From Eledone cirrhosa (lineage: Eukaryota), in contig OZ024752.1 of NCBI GenBank assembly GCA_964016885.1, forward strand, positions 14,260,001-14,324,000: a stretch of 64,000 bases of DNA. The letters run 5' to 3'. The position numbers and the translations under genes were made by a program. The notes under the pieces were generated by a model, which saw only the letters and a program-made list of their open reading frames with translations, had not been told where the DNA came from and did no database searches. Positions 41,994 through 56,164 of this stretch are shown in pieces. The number at the start of each line of letters is the position of its first letter. The stretch's first letter is position 1.

Positions 41994-42013
41994 ATATATA
42001 TATATATATATAT

Positions 42014-42961
42014 ACTATATTATATTTTGAGATTTAACTCTCAGTCGTTTACAATTAATCAGCTCCAAGAAAGAGGCATAAGCACAGAAGATTTGGATAT
42101 TTCACTTTTTATTTCAATTCCATTTCGATTCTCTTTATTTTTCAATTCATGTACCATCGTTGCGAAACATATTTAGGTTTCGAAGTTCAAATTCATCTAC
42201 GGAGCTGGTTTGGATTTTGAAATTTAGATTTGTACAGGAATCACGGCTTTTGCCAATATAAGCTTGTTTTTATTGACTTATATCGAGACAGACAAATTGT
42301 ATTCACTTTAATTAGTTTATTTCATTGATAGCTAACTTTGTCTGTTACAATGCAAACACGTTTTGTGTTTATCATATATATTAATGTATAACATGTATTT
42401 AACTGCTCGGAAATGCCTCTTTCTTGGAGCTGATTAATTGTAAACGACTGAGAGTTTAATCTCAAAATATAATATAGTATATTGCTCCTTAACTGTAGAG
42501 CTGATCTTTAATCCCGTATAAACGGCTGTTATTTCTAGCACCGGGAATGCAGCACGGCTAGTTTGGCTGGCTACACACGTGTAGTCAGACCTGCAAAACT
42601 TTTGATGGTGGAATGTACTAATTTTACTGGATTCCTGTTGATAAGTACAGAAGATTTGGATATTTTACTTTTTATTTCAATTCCATTTCGATTCTCTTTA
42701 TTTTTCAATTCATGTACCATCGTTGCGAAACATATTTAGGTTTCGAAGTTCAAATTCATCTACGGAGCGGGTTTGGATTTTGACATTTAGATTTGTCCAG
42801 GAATCACGGCTTTTGCCAATATAAGCTTGTCTTTATTGACTTACATCGAGACAGACAAATTGTATTCACTTTAATTAGTTTATTTCATTGATAGCTAACT
42901 TTGTCTGTTACAATGCAAACACGTTTTGTGTTTATCATATATATTAATGTATAACATGTAT
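42014..42961. mobile_element. PLE-type insert: 65-bp inverted arm plus ~1.6 tandem units of ~563 bp
   Basis: 42014-42078 is the reverse complement of 42414-42480; 42079-42398 repeats at 42642-42961; tail GCTCCTTAACTGTAGAGC. Confidence 0.8.
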
Positions 42962-43423
42962 ATATATATATATAAGTATATGATGGCTGCAAACTTGTTA
43001 AGATATTGCAATCGCTTGTCAGATTATAGAGTTTGTTGCACATTTAGGCTACGGCCAGCCACACGAACCTGTAACCTATCTTGAACAAGCAATGCCTGTG
43101 CTCTCAAGGTATTTTAAGTGATGAAAGGCCTTGCACGCGACCAATCCCACTCTCTGAGCATCAAAAACACTACCCGAAAAGAAGAACTGCTCAACATCAT
43201 CGGATGTTTCCGAAGCGGCAGGTTTTTTTTTCAGGGTTTCCCTCTCTTAGAAGGGTGTTGTTACATCTACTGGGGACATTTCATTCCCAATATCTATATA
43301 TTCATACATCGATGCTCCTACATAGCGATATACATATACATGTACGTATTGTATATTGAATAATATTCGGGATGTTTATAAAAATATTTGAAGGCCTTTC
43401 TATAGCCTCAAAGAAACCCTCCA

Positions 43424-43502
<79 letters not shown>

Positions 43503-43697
43503 CAGCAGCTGGACGTTATATACACATATATAGAGGGAGGAGGAATTAGGGTTTAGCTTCATACATAGCTGTATACACGTATGTATTGGAATTTCGTGTT
43601 TCTAAATAAATACCGTATATTTACAGATAAACATTTAGAAAGCTGTAGCTATGAAAAACACCGGGGCTAACGCCATCTGGTGGTGTCCAACAGTAGC

Positions 43698-43750
<53 letters not shown>

Positions 43751-43886
43751 CTCTATTACATGTTCCAGCCGCCAAGCGGAGGCCTTTAGGGAGTGAGCAT
43801 ATTTATATATATTTATATATATGTGGAATGCTCACATTTCAGATCTAGACATATTTTGACTTACAATCAATATACTGTGATATGTG

Positions 43887-43936
<50 letters not shown>

Positions 43937-43938
<2 letters not shown>

Positions 43939-44131
43939 CGAAGGAAATGTAGTAAGGAACCAGATGTACCATAACGCACCAAAGTACTCAATAATTAGGG
44001 TAGTAGAGTGGGTAATAGGAACAAGTAGGACCCGGGCGGCTGAGCTCAAGCCGTTTCGACGGCTAATTTTGAGTCCAGAATTAGCCGTCGAAACGGTTTG
44101 AGCTCAGCCGTCTGGGTCCTACTTGTTCCTA
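43937..44131. mobile_element. Fold-back mini element, family of 27116, tail on left
   Basis: GAGCTCAAGCCGTTTCGACGGCTAATT / AATTAGCCGTCGAAACGGTTTGAGCTC. Confidence 0.85.
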
Positions 44132-44142
44132 TATATATATAG

Positions 44143-44407
44143 AGTTAGAAAGTGAACAACACAATATATAACTATTCCATTACCAAACGTTTCAGGACTC
44201 TAGAGATACGTCTAGATTGTTCATCAGACAGAACGGTTAATGTTAGGCTGGTCAACTATCTAGACATATATTAATATTGTCTAGGGTCCTGAAACCTGTG
44301 GTAATGGAGTAGTTATATATTGTGTTGTTCACTTTCTAGTTAAATAGCTCTGTTCTATACATAGAGCACTCTTTTTACCTTTTCTTTTTCTTCGGATATA
44401 CTTAACA
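44143..44407. mobile_element. Fold-back element, HHR on minus arm, right-side tail
   Basis: Reverse complement CTGATGA-ACAATCTAGACG..TCTAGAGTCCT-GAAACGTT; tail GCTCTGTTCTATACATAGAGCAC. Confidence 0.78.
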
Positions 44408-44493
44408 TATATATATGTGTGGGTGTTGAGAGAGATAAATAACAATATGAGAGAGAGACAAATGAGTATGGGAGAGAGGGGGTAAGGAAGATG

Positions 44494-44565
<72 letters not shown>

Positions 44566-44904
44566 TCTGGACTGTAGGCAAGGTTTCGAAATATTTAAAT
44601 GCCGAGGAATATTTCCTATACTAAACGAGCGTCTATTTTATCAAATATCGTCTCCAGCAGCACAAACTCATCAATCACAATTTGACTTTACTAATTGCAA
44701 GCATAAAGTATGGCATGTAACAAGTCGTGTATTAAATCTCTTGTGACCATGGTCATGGATTATTTAGATGGACAGTTATAGCAGAGAAACTAATAGTCTC
44801 ACTAAAATATCTATATCTGTAAAACTAGAAGCAATCAGGCATTACAACTTCGGGTATGGTCAATTAATATTCTGAATCCCTATACACAATTAAGTGGTAG
44901 AAAT

Positions 44905-45163
44905 ATAATTGTTTCTACTTTTGGCACAAGGCAAACAATTATTCCAGTGTATTACTGGTACTGTAGAAATATAATAACTATTTCTACTTTAGGCACAAGG
45001 CCAGCAATTACTCAGTGCATTACTGGTACTTTATTTCATCGACCCCGTAAGGATGAAAGGCAAAGTCAACCTCGGCAAGATTTGAACTCAGATCGTAAAG
45101 GGACGTAACTATGCTGGAAAGCATAGTGTCTGACCATCCACCGATACTGCCAATCCACCGCCC
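44905..45163 (-). mobile_element. SINE family 1 plus an extra 3'-end fragment
   Basis: TSD CTGTAGAAATATAAT around the full copy. Confidence 0.87.
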
Positions 45164-45384
45164 TACTGTAGAAATATAATAATAAATCTTCATTATCAGA
45201 ATTGCAACCATAGTCGAACATTCCTGATAATGTCTCTCCAAAATTCTCGATTTTCCCTTGTTCATGGCAACTGATTCATAATAAAGTTTGTATCGTCTGA
45301 TAAATGTTCGAGTAGGTCTTCCCCTACTGAGTCTACCGTGAGTTGGCTGCCACAAAAAGAAGCAAAGACTCGAAAGCTCGTTAG

Positions 45385-45625
45385 GCCGGTACTTATCCGG
45401 ATTTCATGGCGTAAAACGGCTGAGAGTACAAGACTTTCCCTTGGATAGGACACCAGTCCATCGCAGGGTTAACCGCCCAGCTATTGCCGTGCTAGTAATC
45501 GTTTTCAGTTGAGTATACTGAAGTAACGTGAAATGAGTTATTTTATTCGAGAAGACAACAGGCAATCGAACCCACGACATTATAATCGTAAGTCCAACAC
45601 CCTTACCACTCGGCCACGCCCACAA
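45385..45625 (-). mobile_element. tRNA-derived SINE (family 3) followed by RTE-like 3' fragment (45240-45360)
   Basis: A box TGGCCGAGTGG, B box GGTTCGATTGC, CCCTGCGATGGACTGG motif; WQPTHGRLSRGRP downstream. Confidence 0.72.
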
Positions 45626-45715
45626 TAGTAGCTGGTGTATAACTTCCTATTTACTACTCCAGCAATGTCCTGTAAATCGTAACCATCTTTGAGCAATTGT
45701 AGTTATCATCTAGTG

Positions 45716-46323
45716 CAGAGGTGTGCAATATACTCCATTGGCAGGCCACCTTTGAACATTGGAACAACTATTATGGCCATTAATATTTATTAAGCACTAT
45801 TCCAAAGATTCACCACAACTTCTTTCCATAACAGGGAACTTGGAAATTATAACACACATAACCCTATCACAACAACTATTATGGCCATTAATATTTATTA
45901 AGCACTATTCCAAAGATTCACCACAACTTCTTTCTATAACATGGAACTTGGAAATTATAACACACATAACCCTATCACAACAACTATTATGGCCATTAAT
46001 ATTTATTAAGCACTATTCCAAAGATTCACCACAACTTCTTTCCATAACAGGGAACTTGGAAATTATAACACACATAACCCTATCACAACAACTATTATGG
46101 CCATTAATATTTATTAAGCACTATTCCAAAGATTCACCACAACTTCTTTCATAATATGTAACTGGGAAATTATAATACACATAACCCTGTCAGTGAAGCC
46201 CTACTAACAGAAAAAAATTCTAAATAAGCCTACAAGGTAAAAATTAAAAACGGTCATCGCAGGCCACTCTAAATGGTCTGGCGGGCCGGACTGTGGAACG
46301 GGTCCGCCTGTTGCACACCCCTG
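45716..46323. mobile_element. hAT (Charlie-like) MITE carrying four 108-bp tandem units
   Basis: TIRs CAGAGGTGTGCAA / TTGCACACCCCTG; 8-bp TSD ATCTAGTG / CTCTAGTG. Confidence 0.9.
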
Positions 46324-46471
46324 CTCTAGTGCAAGTTTCCGTATAAACCTTTATTTGTTGTAATAATTTGACACCCGGTCATGATTTGTATTACCATAAG
46401 CATTTTAGTGTATGCACTATCTAGTTTCATCTCTTCTTTTTGTGTCAGGGTCAATCCACATAATCCATGAA

Positions 46472-46926
46472 ATAATTGTTTCTAATTTAAGCACAAGGCC
46501 AGCAATATTTTTTTTTTAGGTGGAGTGGGAGGTGACGATTAAATCAACCCCAGTGCATTAGTGGTGCTTTAATTTATCAATCCCGTAAGGATGCAAGGCA
46601 AAACTAATCTTGACTGGGTTTGTACTCAGAACCAGAACGTAGAGGGCCGTAACTCTGAGCTGCAAACCATTTTATCCGACGCTCTACCGATACTGCCAAT
46701 CCACCGACCTTTCATACAATAATTCTGACTCATCAGAATGATATTTAATAATTGTTTCTACCTTTAGGCACAAGGCCAGCAAAATACTGGTACGTTATTT
46801 TATCGACCCCGTAAGGATGAAAGGCAAAGTTAACCTCGGTGGGATTTGAACTCAGTGTGGAAAGGGCCGTAACTCTATGCTTCAAAGCATGGTGTCCGAC
46901 TCTCTACCGATACTGCCAATCCACCG
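46472..46926 (-). mobile_element. Two adjacent SINE family 1 copies (46472-46708, 46750-46926)
   Basis: Core and A/B boxes present in both. Confidence 0.85.
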
Positions 46927-47240
46927 TGATATTTAAAGCAGGGTGTCCCACTCTCTACCGATACTGCCAATCCACCGTGATATTTAAAGCAGGGTGTCCG
47001 ACGCTCTACCGATACTGCCAATACACCGTGATATTTAAAGCAGGGTGTCCGACGCTCTACCGATACTGCCAATCCACCGTGATATTTAAAGCTGGGTGTC
47101 CGACGCTCTACTGTTACTGCCAATCCACCATGATATTTAAAGCAGGGTGTCCGACGCTCTACCGATACTGCCAATACACCGTGATATTTAAAGCAGGGTG
47201 TCCGACGCTCTACCGATACTGCCAATACACCGTGATATTT
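46881..47240. repeat. 51-bp tandem array (7 copies) derived from the SINE head
   Basis: Unit GGGTGTCCGACGCTCTACCGATACTGCCAATCCACCGTGATATTTAAAGCA. Confidence 0.93.
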
Positions 47241-47558
47241 AATAATAATAAATAAATAAGTATTAAAAACTATAACAAAAATATTGTTGAACAGAAGTAT
47301 ACAATATTGAACGTAATAAAGAATCTCAACATTTGAAAACATTGAGGAGGGGGGGGGGGGGGTTAATAAAGAAAACAAGGGAAGGGAATGCGAGAGGCAA
47401 ATTGTATATCGGGGGCACCACGGTCGGCATTTTACTTATATCTACACCTACTCAGCATCTCCCCATGTATTGAGTACTCACGTGATTATTGGTCTCCCTA
47501 GCCTCATCACGGCAGACTCCCTCTCAACCCGTTCTCTCTCTATCTCCCTCTCTCTCCC

Positions 47559-48226
<668 letters not shown>

Positions 48227-50357
48227 CGTGTGTGTGTGTGTAAGCAGAAATGAGAAACAAACACGGAGAATAACTCCAAAATGCATTACTAGGCTAACAC
48301 GTGTAGGAAATGGAACACAAAGTGATTTAAACGTACACTATAAATATTTATATAAATGAATATATATACATATTTATATATGTGTGTGTATATATGTATA
48401 TGTGTGTCTTATGTGTGCATGTATGTGTGGGTGCATGCGCACGCCTGTGTGTGTGTGTACAAACCATTTTTTGAATTTACAAACTAAAGAAACGCTGGAT
48501 GATTTGGAATTTCAGAATTCTATAATAGAAATAACTATAAGAACACAAGATTGTTATATATAATAGCTTGAAAAATCGGGTAAAACATCTAGAAAATAAC
48601 CGAAAAATAATGGCCAACCACGTTTATGGAGGAATGAAGTCTGTATCGCACGAATTCCTATAGTGTGTTTTAATGTTAAGCTAATATCCTTCAGCGGCTT
48701 ATTAGATTGATGGTAAACAGCGGCTTACCAATTTTCTTCCATCTCTTGGCGTATTTTACCTCATTGTCTTAGCTATTAGATATAACAAGCGTTTTTCTAA
48801 GCTATTATATATAACAGTATAGTTTTGACGCTGAAATTTCAAAGATAGGCTCCAATGGTATGGGAAATATTGCTTTGAAATTATATAAATTGTACCTTGC
48901 TGCAAACATATTTAAAATGGCGCTGTTTCCTTTGCATTACACTTGGAAATATAAATTTCACTCGGAATCATTGGTTGGAATCTCAGCATCTCCATAGTAG
49001 ATGATATTGGGTATAATATGGAGATAAAGATAGAGATAAGGGAAAAACTACTCTTAGTTTAAAGTCAGATAATTTCATGATGAACTTACTGCACCATTAT
49101 ATATTGTTAGGACTGTCTCATTTGTTGAAATAGGAGTAATGCAAAAATGTGTATTCTTTTTTCGTAGACCTCGGAAAGGCATACGACTGTAGGTTGTGTA
49201 AATTCCTGAAAAAGTATGGGACATGTGGTCAGCTTCTTGTTTCATAAATGCACAAAGAAGAAGACGAAGCAGGATAACGAGGAGAAGGAGGTGAATAAAT
49301 TTAAAGATGGCGGATTGGTTTCCAATATAATATAATTTGAGATTAGTAGAAACAAACGACAAAAATGTATTAGAGTCTTGTTCTGTTACAAAGGCCTGGC
49401 ATGGTTGTTTTAAAAATATCTTTTAAGGATTTAAAAAATGTAATATTGTGTTGCGACAGTTGTTAGAGTTATTAAATTAAACATATTTTAACTTTACTGT
49501 CAATAACTGCCAGTTTTGAAGTAAATGGAATTTCACATTTGATGTAGAAGTCTGCAAGACTGTTAGGGATCTTCCACCTGTGCCTTTCACCCTTTCGAAG
49601 TCGAGAAAAATGTTTCAGTCAAGTACTAGGTAGATGTTTACTTTATATCGCTTTCTTATTTCTTCTCTTTCACTCCCATTTCTCTATTTTCTTCTCTGGA
49701 AGGTATCGGCTGTAAACAGACACGGACGGACACATACACACACACATACACACACACATACACACACACAAACATACAGATACATACACACATACATACG
49801 CACATACATACATACATGGTGGCTGCCAACTCGTTTTCGAGTACGGCCACTACTTTATATCCATGTAGGAGAACCCCTACCGATACGCTGAACGAGTGTA
49901 ACTTTTTAGTCCAGCCAGCGACTTGAAAACTCTGGTACAAACACTACACTTGTGACAATTATTGACACATAGTGCTGGTCCCATGGTACCATATGACGAC
50001 AAGTGCAGAGAGATCTCCAGATACAAAGCAATGCCTGTGCTGTGAAGCTTTTATAGTGAGCAAAGGCACTGCACAAAGCCAGTCCCACTCTCTTAACCAA
50101 GATGATATTTACCAAAAAGAAGAACAAGTCAACATCATTGGATACCATCAGGGTTGCAGGTGTTACATCAGAGTTTTCCTTCTCCTAGAATTCTGCCTTG
50201 ACAAAGGCTAAGGAGTCATCTCTCCCGGTGATTTTGGATGGCCTTTGACTCTTAAGAGCTCCTTTGCCCTTTGACAGGTTTTATTTTTAGTCATGCAGGA
50301 TGTCCAGTCACCCTCCTCACCAAGAAACCTTGGTGGGGTTGCCAGTTTAGTCGCCAA

Positions 50358-50528
50358 CACAAGGCCAGCAATTAACCAGTGCATTACTGGTACTTTATTT
50401 TATCGATCCCGTAAGGATGAAAGGCAAAGTCAACCTCGGCGGGATTTGAACTCAGATCGTAAAGGGACGTAACTATGATGGAAAGCATGGCGTCCGACCC
50501 TCTACTGATACTGCCAATCCACCGCCCT
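50358..50528 (-). mobile_element. SINE family 1
   Basis: Near consensus. Confidence 0.88.
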
Positions 50529-50659
50529 TAATACATACATACATACATATATGCATACATACATACATACATACATACATACATACATACATACATACAT
50601 AAATATGTGTGTATGTTTATGTATGGAGCTGTTGGAGCAATATATATATATATACACAT

Positions 50660-51012
50660 ATATACTTCGTTTTTTAATTTGTTTTGTGAGATTTCTCATC
50701 TGAAAAGTCTGGGAGTGTCAGACTACCAATGAAAACACACGCACCTGTTGCTTTTCACTTCAATTTATTTTAAATTTCCGGTTGGTTGGTTGGTTCGATA
50801 ACCGGAAAATTGTTTATATATTGTCAAACCTCTTTCGTCACACATTCTGTGACCTCCTCAGTCACTAGGTTTTTATTTTGTGTCTCTCCTTTGTTCTGTC
50901 CTACACAATCTTTGTGTAGGACACAGCGTGACCCTCCCAAAGTATAGCAATATCTGTTTCAACACACGTTTTTAGATAAGAAATCTTGCAAAACAAATTC
51001 AAAAACAAAGTA
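50660..51012. mobile_element. Inverted pLTR pair of the 1200 family, HHR-like core on minus
   Basis: Reverse complement CTGAGGAG-GTCAC-AGAATGT-GTGAC-GAAA; stems I/III not resolved. Confidence 0.6.
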
Positions 51013-51067
<55 letters not shown>

Positions 51068-51071
<4 letters not shown>

Positions 51072-51243
51072 GTTTCAACTTTAGACACAAGGCCAGTAAT
51101 TATCCAGTGCATTACTGGTACTTTATTTTATCGACCCCGTAAGGATGAAAGGCAAAGTCAACCTCGGCTGGATTTGAACTCAGATCGTAAAGGGACGTTA
51201 CTATGCTGGAAAGCATGGCGTCGGACCCTCTACCGATACTGCC
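51068..51243 (-). mobile_element. SINE family 1
   Basis: Near consensus. Confidence 0.88.
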
Positions 51244-51314
51244 TATGTCTACATATATATACATACGTATATATATATCCAACTATATCTCTCTCTCACT
51301 CTCTCTCTCTCTCT

Positions 51315-51355
<41 letters not shown>

Positions 51356-51357
<2 letters not shown>

Positions 51358-52468
51358 TTAATGTATCGTTTAAGGCAATCCAAGAAGAGGTTATGAGTAC
51401 TTCATATCGAAGATAGTTTTAACGTTCGGCGTTGTTTGACTCAACAAGAAGTTTACTTAGTTGTGTTCGGGTGGCCGATTCAACAGTTCGTAGGTTAACG
51501 GTTCTTGGTGTAATAATAGTAAATTAGTGAAGAATAACATCGATGGGCTGTACAGTACGGTTTATTCAAAGTATTAACAAGTGTTTCATGAGTTCGTTGT
51601 TTCTAAAAACAGCAGTTTGCATAATGTTACGTCACTCGATTTTAATTAAAACTAGACCACCCGTGACCCATTGGGTTACGTTCACTTCAAAATATTTTTT
51701 TAAAAATCATGTTCACTTCAAAATATTTTTTAAATAATTAAAATATACACAGATATGTATATAATATGAAAGGAAACTGGAAGGCCCATATATACGTGTG
51801 TATATGATTAAATGTGTGTGTGTATACGTATATGCATGTGTGTCTGTGTATATATATGGGTGTCTGTCATCTATATGCATTGGTCATAGGCACACACACG
51901 CATATATATATACACACACACTCACACACACACACATATATATATATACACACAGCATCAGCTCTCTCTCTCTCTTCCATTCTCCTTCACACTCTACTTC
52001 TCTATCTCTCTATCTCTATGTCTCTCTTTCAATCTACTCTCTCACAACCACTATCGCTTTCTCTGTATCGCTCTCTCTCTGTTTATGATAGTACCCGGAA
52101 AAAAACCCATATCTCGGGAAGCCGTGCTCCGATTTACGCGAAACCTTTTTTGTATTCCATTTGTATTCCCATTTCAGGGTCAACTTCCTTTCAAATTATT
52201 TTCTTATCATGCTCCGTTTTGGCTGTATTACATTACAGGCAAGCAATCAAGCAATCACAGAGTTTTAGTAGTGGTCGATACCCGACCAAATTCTTTAAAG
52301 ACTGGTATTTTGAAAATTTGGTCGGATATCAATTGTAATTAAAATCGAGTGACATAGCATTCTGCGAACACCGGTTTTTAGACACACCAAACTAATGAAA
52401 CATTTGTTACTACTTTGAATAAACCCTATCGTACAGCCGATCCGTGTTATTCTACACTCATTTACTAT
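51356..52468. mobile_element. Older fold-back insert with diverged arms (51512-51650 / 52335-52468)
   Basis: GTCACTCGATTTTAATTA / TAATTAAAATCGAGTGAC; GGTTTATTCAAAGTA / TACTTTGAATAAACC. Confidence 0.65.
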
Positions 52469-52477
52469 ATATATAAA

Positions 52478-54243
52478 TATAAAATATTAAAAAAATAATG
52501 AATAAAACAATGAAACAGTTCCTTATATTAAACAAAAAAAGTTCATTATTTAACGATCGTTTCTAGGATATATATGTGTTAAAATTGGCATGCATATTCA
52601 ACAGATCTATGTTCAAAATTATACAAAATTATACAAACTATCAAAATTAAATATACATACCAAACACATATATATGCCGTCTTCAGAAATAATGAAATAT
52701 ATTTATTGATAATAACAACAATTCAAAATTTCAGGTCTGTTTGGGAACAGAATTCAAATTGACCAATGAAAATACAAAAAAGTTTAGGCAGTTAGGTGTG
52801 TGTATATACATATAATTAACTTCGTTCACAGATATGCATAAAGATATGTGTTCACATGCATACGCATGCCAAAAAGATGTATGTAAATACAAAAATTCAA
52901 GGCTAATGTCTCTGTAAGTTTATAATCTACAGATAAAATGCGTATAGATACATAATTATAAAATAAATATATACACACATTCATATACTCACACATATTC
53001 GTACATTCACACACACACGCGCGTATACGCATAAACATACACATAACTACGAACATACATACACACATACACCCCCACACACATATATATGTGTATATAC
53101 TATTATCATAAGCATATGGACATTAATGCACGCACATAAACACTGCCACACATATTTAGATCCAGATACAGAAATTAGGTGGGGGGGGGGGAGAGGTCAG
53201 TATTCAACGGTGTCAGCACAGACTGCCTATTTATAAATGTATCTATAAACTTAGAAATAAAAAGAAAAGAAAAAGAAAAAAGAAATATATCAAGAAATGA
53301 TATATTTCTTTTTTCTTTTTCTTTTCTTTTTATTTCTAAGTTTATAGATACATTTATAAATAGGCAGTCTGTGCTGACACCGTTGAATACAGATCCTCTC
53401 CCCCCCCCACCTAATTTCTGTATCTGGATCTAAATATGTGTGGCAGTGTTTATGTGCGTGCATTAATGTCCATATGCTTATGATAATAGTATATACACAT
53501 ATATATGTGTGTGGGGGTGTATGTGTGTATGTATGTTCGTAGTTATGTGTATGTTTATGCGTATACGCGCGTGTGTGTGTGAATGTACGAATATGTGTGA
53601 GTATATGAATGTGTGTATATATTTATTTTATAATTATGTATCTATACGCATTTTATCTGTAGATTATAAATTTACAGAGACATTAGCCTTGAATTTTTGT
53701 ATTTACATACATCTTTTTGGCATGCGTATGCATGTGAACACATATCTTTATGCATATCTGTGAACGAAGTTAATTATATGTATATACACACACCTAACTG
53801 CATAAACTTTTTGTATTTTCATTGGTTAATTTGAATTCTGTTCCCAAACAGACCTGAAATTTTGAATTGTTGTTATTATCAATAAATATATTTCATTATT
53901 TCTGAAGACGGCATATATATGTGTTTGGTATGTATATTTAATTTTGATAGTTTGTATAATTTTGTATAATTTTGTACATAGATCTGTTGAATATGCATGC
54001 CAATTCTAGCACATATATATCCTAGAAACGATCGTTAAATAATGAACTTTTTTTGTTTAATATAAGGAACTGTTTCATTGTTTTATTCATTATTTTTTTA
54101 ATATTTTATCTTGACTCTGTATTCCGTTTATCTTTCACCGAAAGTGATTTTTCATTGCATCTCTTCTTTCCATGATATCCGGATTACATTGAGTTCTTCA
54201 TACGGATTGGACACTACCGTAAACTCTTGGTAGATTTATCTAC

Positions 54244-54245
<2 letters not shown>
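52478..54245. mobile_element. 1.6-kb near-perfect palindrome (~815-bp arms, centre ~53295) plus 135-bp right-side tail
   Basis: Mirror ORFs 52826-53080 (-) and 53509-53763 (+); HHR in each arm. Confidence 0.93.
53892..54046 (+). ncRNA. Type I hammerhead ribozyme with ~115-nt stem II (mirrors at ~52542-52696 and ~59254-59403 on -)
   Basis: TTCATTATTT-CTGAAGA...GAAAC-GATC-GTT-AAATAATGAA; 10-bp perfect stem I. Confidence 0.85.
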
Positions 54246-54294
<49 letters not shown>

Positions 54295-55559
54295 TATAAA
54301 GTTAATCATATCTTTTATATTTTATTTCCTTTATACATTTTCATTGATTATTTTAGATATTAAAAATATGTTTGATTTTAATGAACAATACATTAGATCT
54401 AATATAATGTAATTCGAACTACAGTGAATCGGTGACTGAATCTAAATCTCATTAGATGTACACACTAACTCTTAGTAACCCATATTGTATTCCTTATTTG
54501 CAAATGGTTTTGATTTTTAGGCTTCAATAAAACAAATTTGGAATTCTCCTTAATTTCCTGAAATATATTTTGTACGTGATTTTTCTTTTCCGTTACAATA
54601 TTTTAATTTTGTCTGAAGCTGCTCAGTCTCCTGAATTAAATTTCAATTTGTTCATTGGTCGCTGATTATCGATTCTTTTGAAAATGAAATAGTCTTTTAT
54701 AATCATTCTGATCTGTCTCCGGCTTTGATGTTGGTATGAGGTGTTACCATTCATGAATATATTGATTGCTCTTTATATTAACTTTGACAGGCGTTGATTT
54801 CAATTCGTATCAATGATTCCGCCGAAATAATTCGCACCAATTCTATGCATTTTGTTTGTTGAAAACTTTAAAAGGGCCAAACTAAGTTAGTTTTGAATGT
54901 TTCTAAACTATGGTGCTGACGATATGGGATTTGCTGCTGGTTGGGATCGATTTGTTGCCATTTGTTAGTCAAAGTGATAGATGCGTGTTTGGATTTTATT
55001 TTTACTGGTCTAAAATATGGTTTTGATAGTCTAAACCTGTACTGTTAGTAAAAGTGATGGTTAAACCTAGACAACCGATATATGAATTTTAAGCAGATAA
55101 AAAAACAAATGATTACATCAACTTTATTCAATTTGCTTCAATATTTAATTTGAAACTTAATTTTCCCTGTAGTTCATTATACGTTCATATTAGATTGAGC
55201 GTAATTCGAGCTCACGTTAAAAAGTGGTGCTCACCTTTATCTAAATAAATTAAATATAAATGGCGTAGACTTTAAAATACAATGGGAGGAAACGTATTAG
55301 TTCCACTGATGATGTCGCACATGGGTGACGAAAGAACTTTGATAGACTATATATATATATATATGTTTGTATCTGTATGTTTAACCGTTGGTTAGTCAAT
55401 CATAAACATTAAGTGCCAAATAAATTATGTATGGAGATATAAAAGATACAGAAGTGAAAACCAGACCAAACCAAACAGTGAGTGTGTTCTGTTATTATTT
55501 CTGATAATATTATAACAATATGACCATCCCCAAGTATAGTATATATATATATAATAATA

Positions 55560-55747
55560 ATTGTTTCTACTTTAGGCACAAGGCCAGCAATTACCCAGTT
55601 CATTACTGGTACTTTATTTTATCGACCCCGTAAGGATGAAAGGCAAAGTCAACCTCGGCGGGATTTGAACTCAGATCGTAAAGGGACGTAACTATGCTGG
55701 AAAGCATGTTGTCCGACCCTCTACCGATACTGCCAATCCACCGCCCT
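55560..55747 (-). mobile_element. SINE family 1
   Basis: Near consensus; TSD TATAATAAT. Confidence 0.9.
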
Positions 55748-55749
55748 TT

Positions 55750-56047
55750 ATAATAATGATAATACAAGGACGAATGAGTACTCATTCATTATTCATTATA
55801 CTTATTGGTTAGTGACGCGCGTTTCGCTACTGATCAGCTCAAGGTTCGATCTGTATCGATTTGGCCCGACTCTAGAATCAAAAGCTCGTCGGACATCTAT
55901 GGTAGTAATGATAGAATGAATGAATAACCATTCGCCCTTGCTTTATTATATTACACTCTGTCTAAAGCTATAGCACGATAATGACTTGAACCTAAAAATC
56001 GAGTGCTCTCCTGGGTGAACCTTCAGTAACCTCGCCTTACATTCCCT

Positions 56048-56050
<3 letters not shown>
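55750..56050. mobile_element. Diverged fold-back insert, HHR (CCGACGA core) on minus arm, right-side tail
   Basis: Reverse complement CCGACGA-GCT...AGC-GAAAC-GCGC-GTC; tail ACTCTGTC...TCGAGTGC. Confidence 0.68.
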
Positions 56051-56095
<45 letters not shown>

Positions 56096-56164
56096 GTACA
56101 TATACGTACATACATATATGTATACAAACGTACAGTAGTATGTATATACATACATACATGTAAA

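Noticed and set aside
45759-47255. Repeat-peptide ORFs (36-aa and 17-aa units)
   Set aside because: By-products of 108-bp and 51-bp DNA repeats inside a MITE and a SINE head
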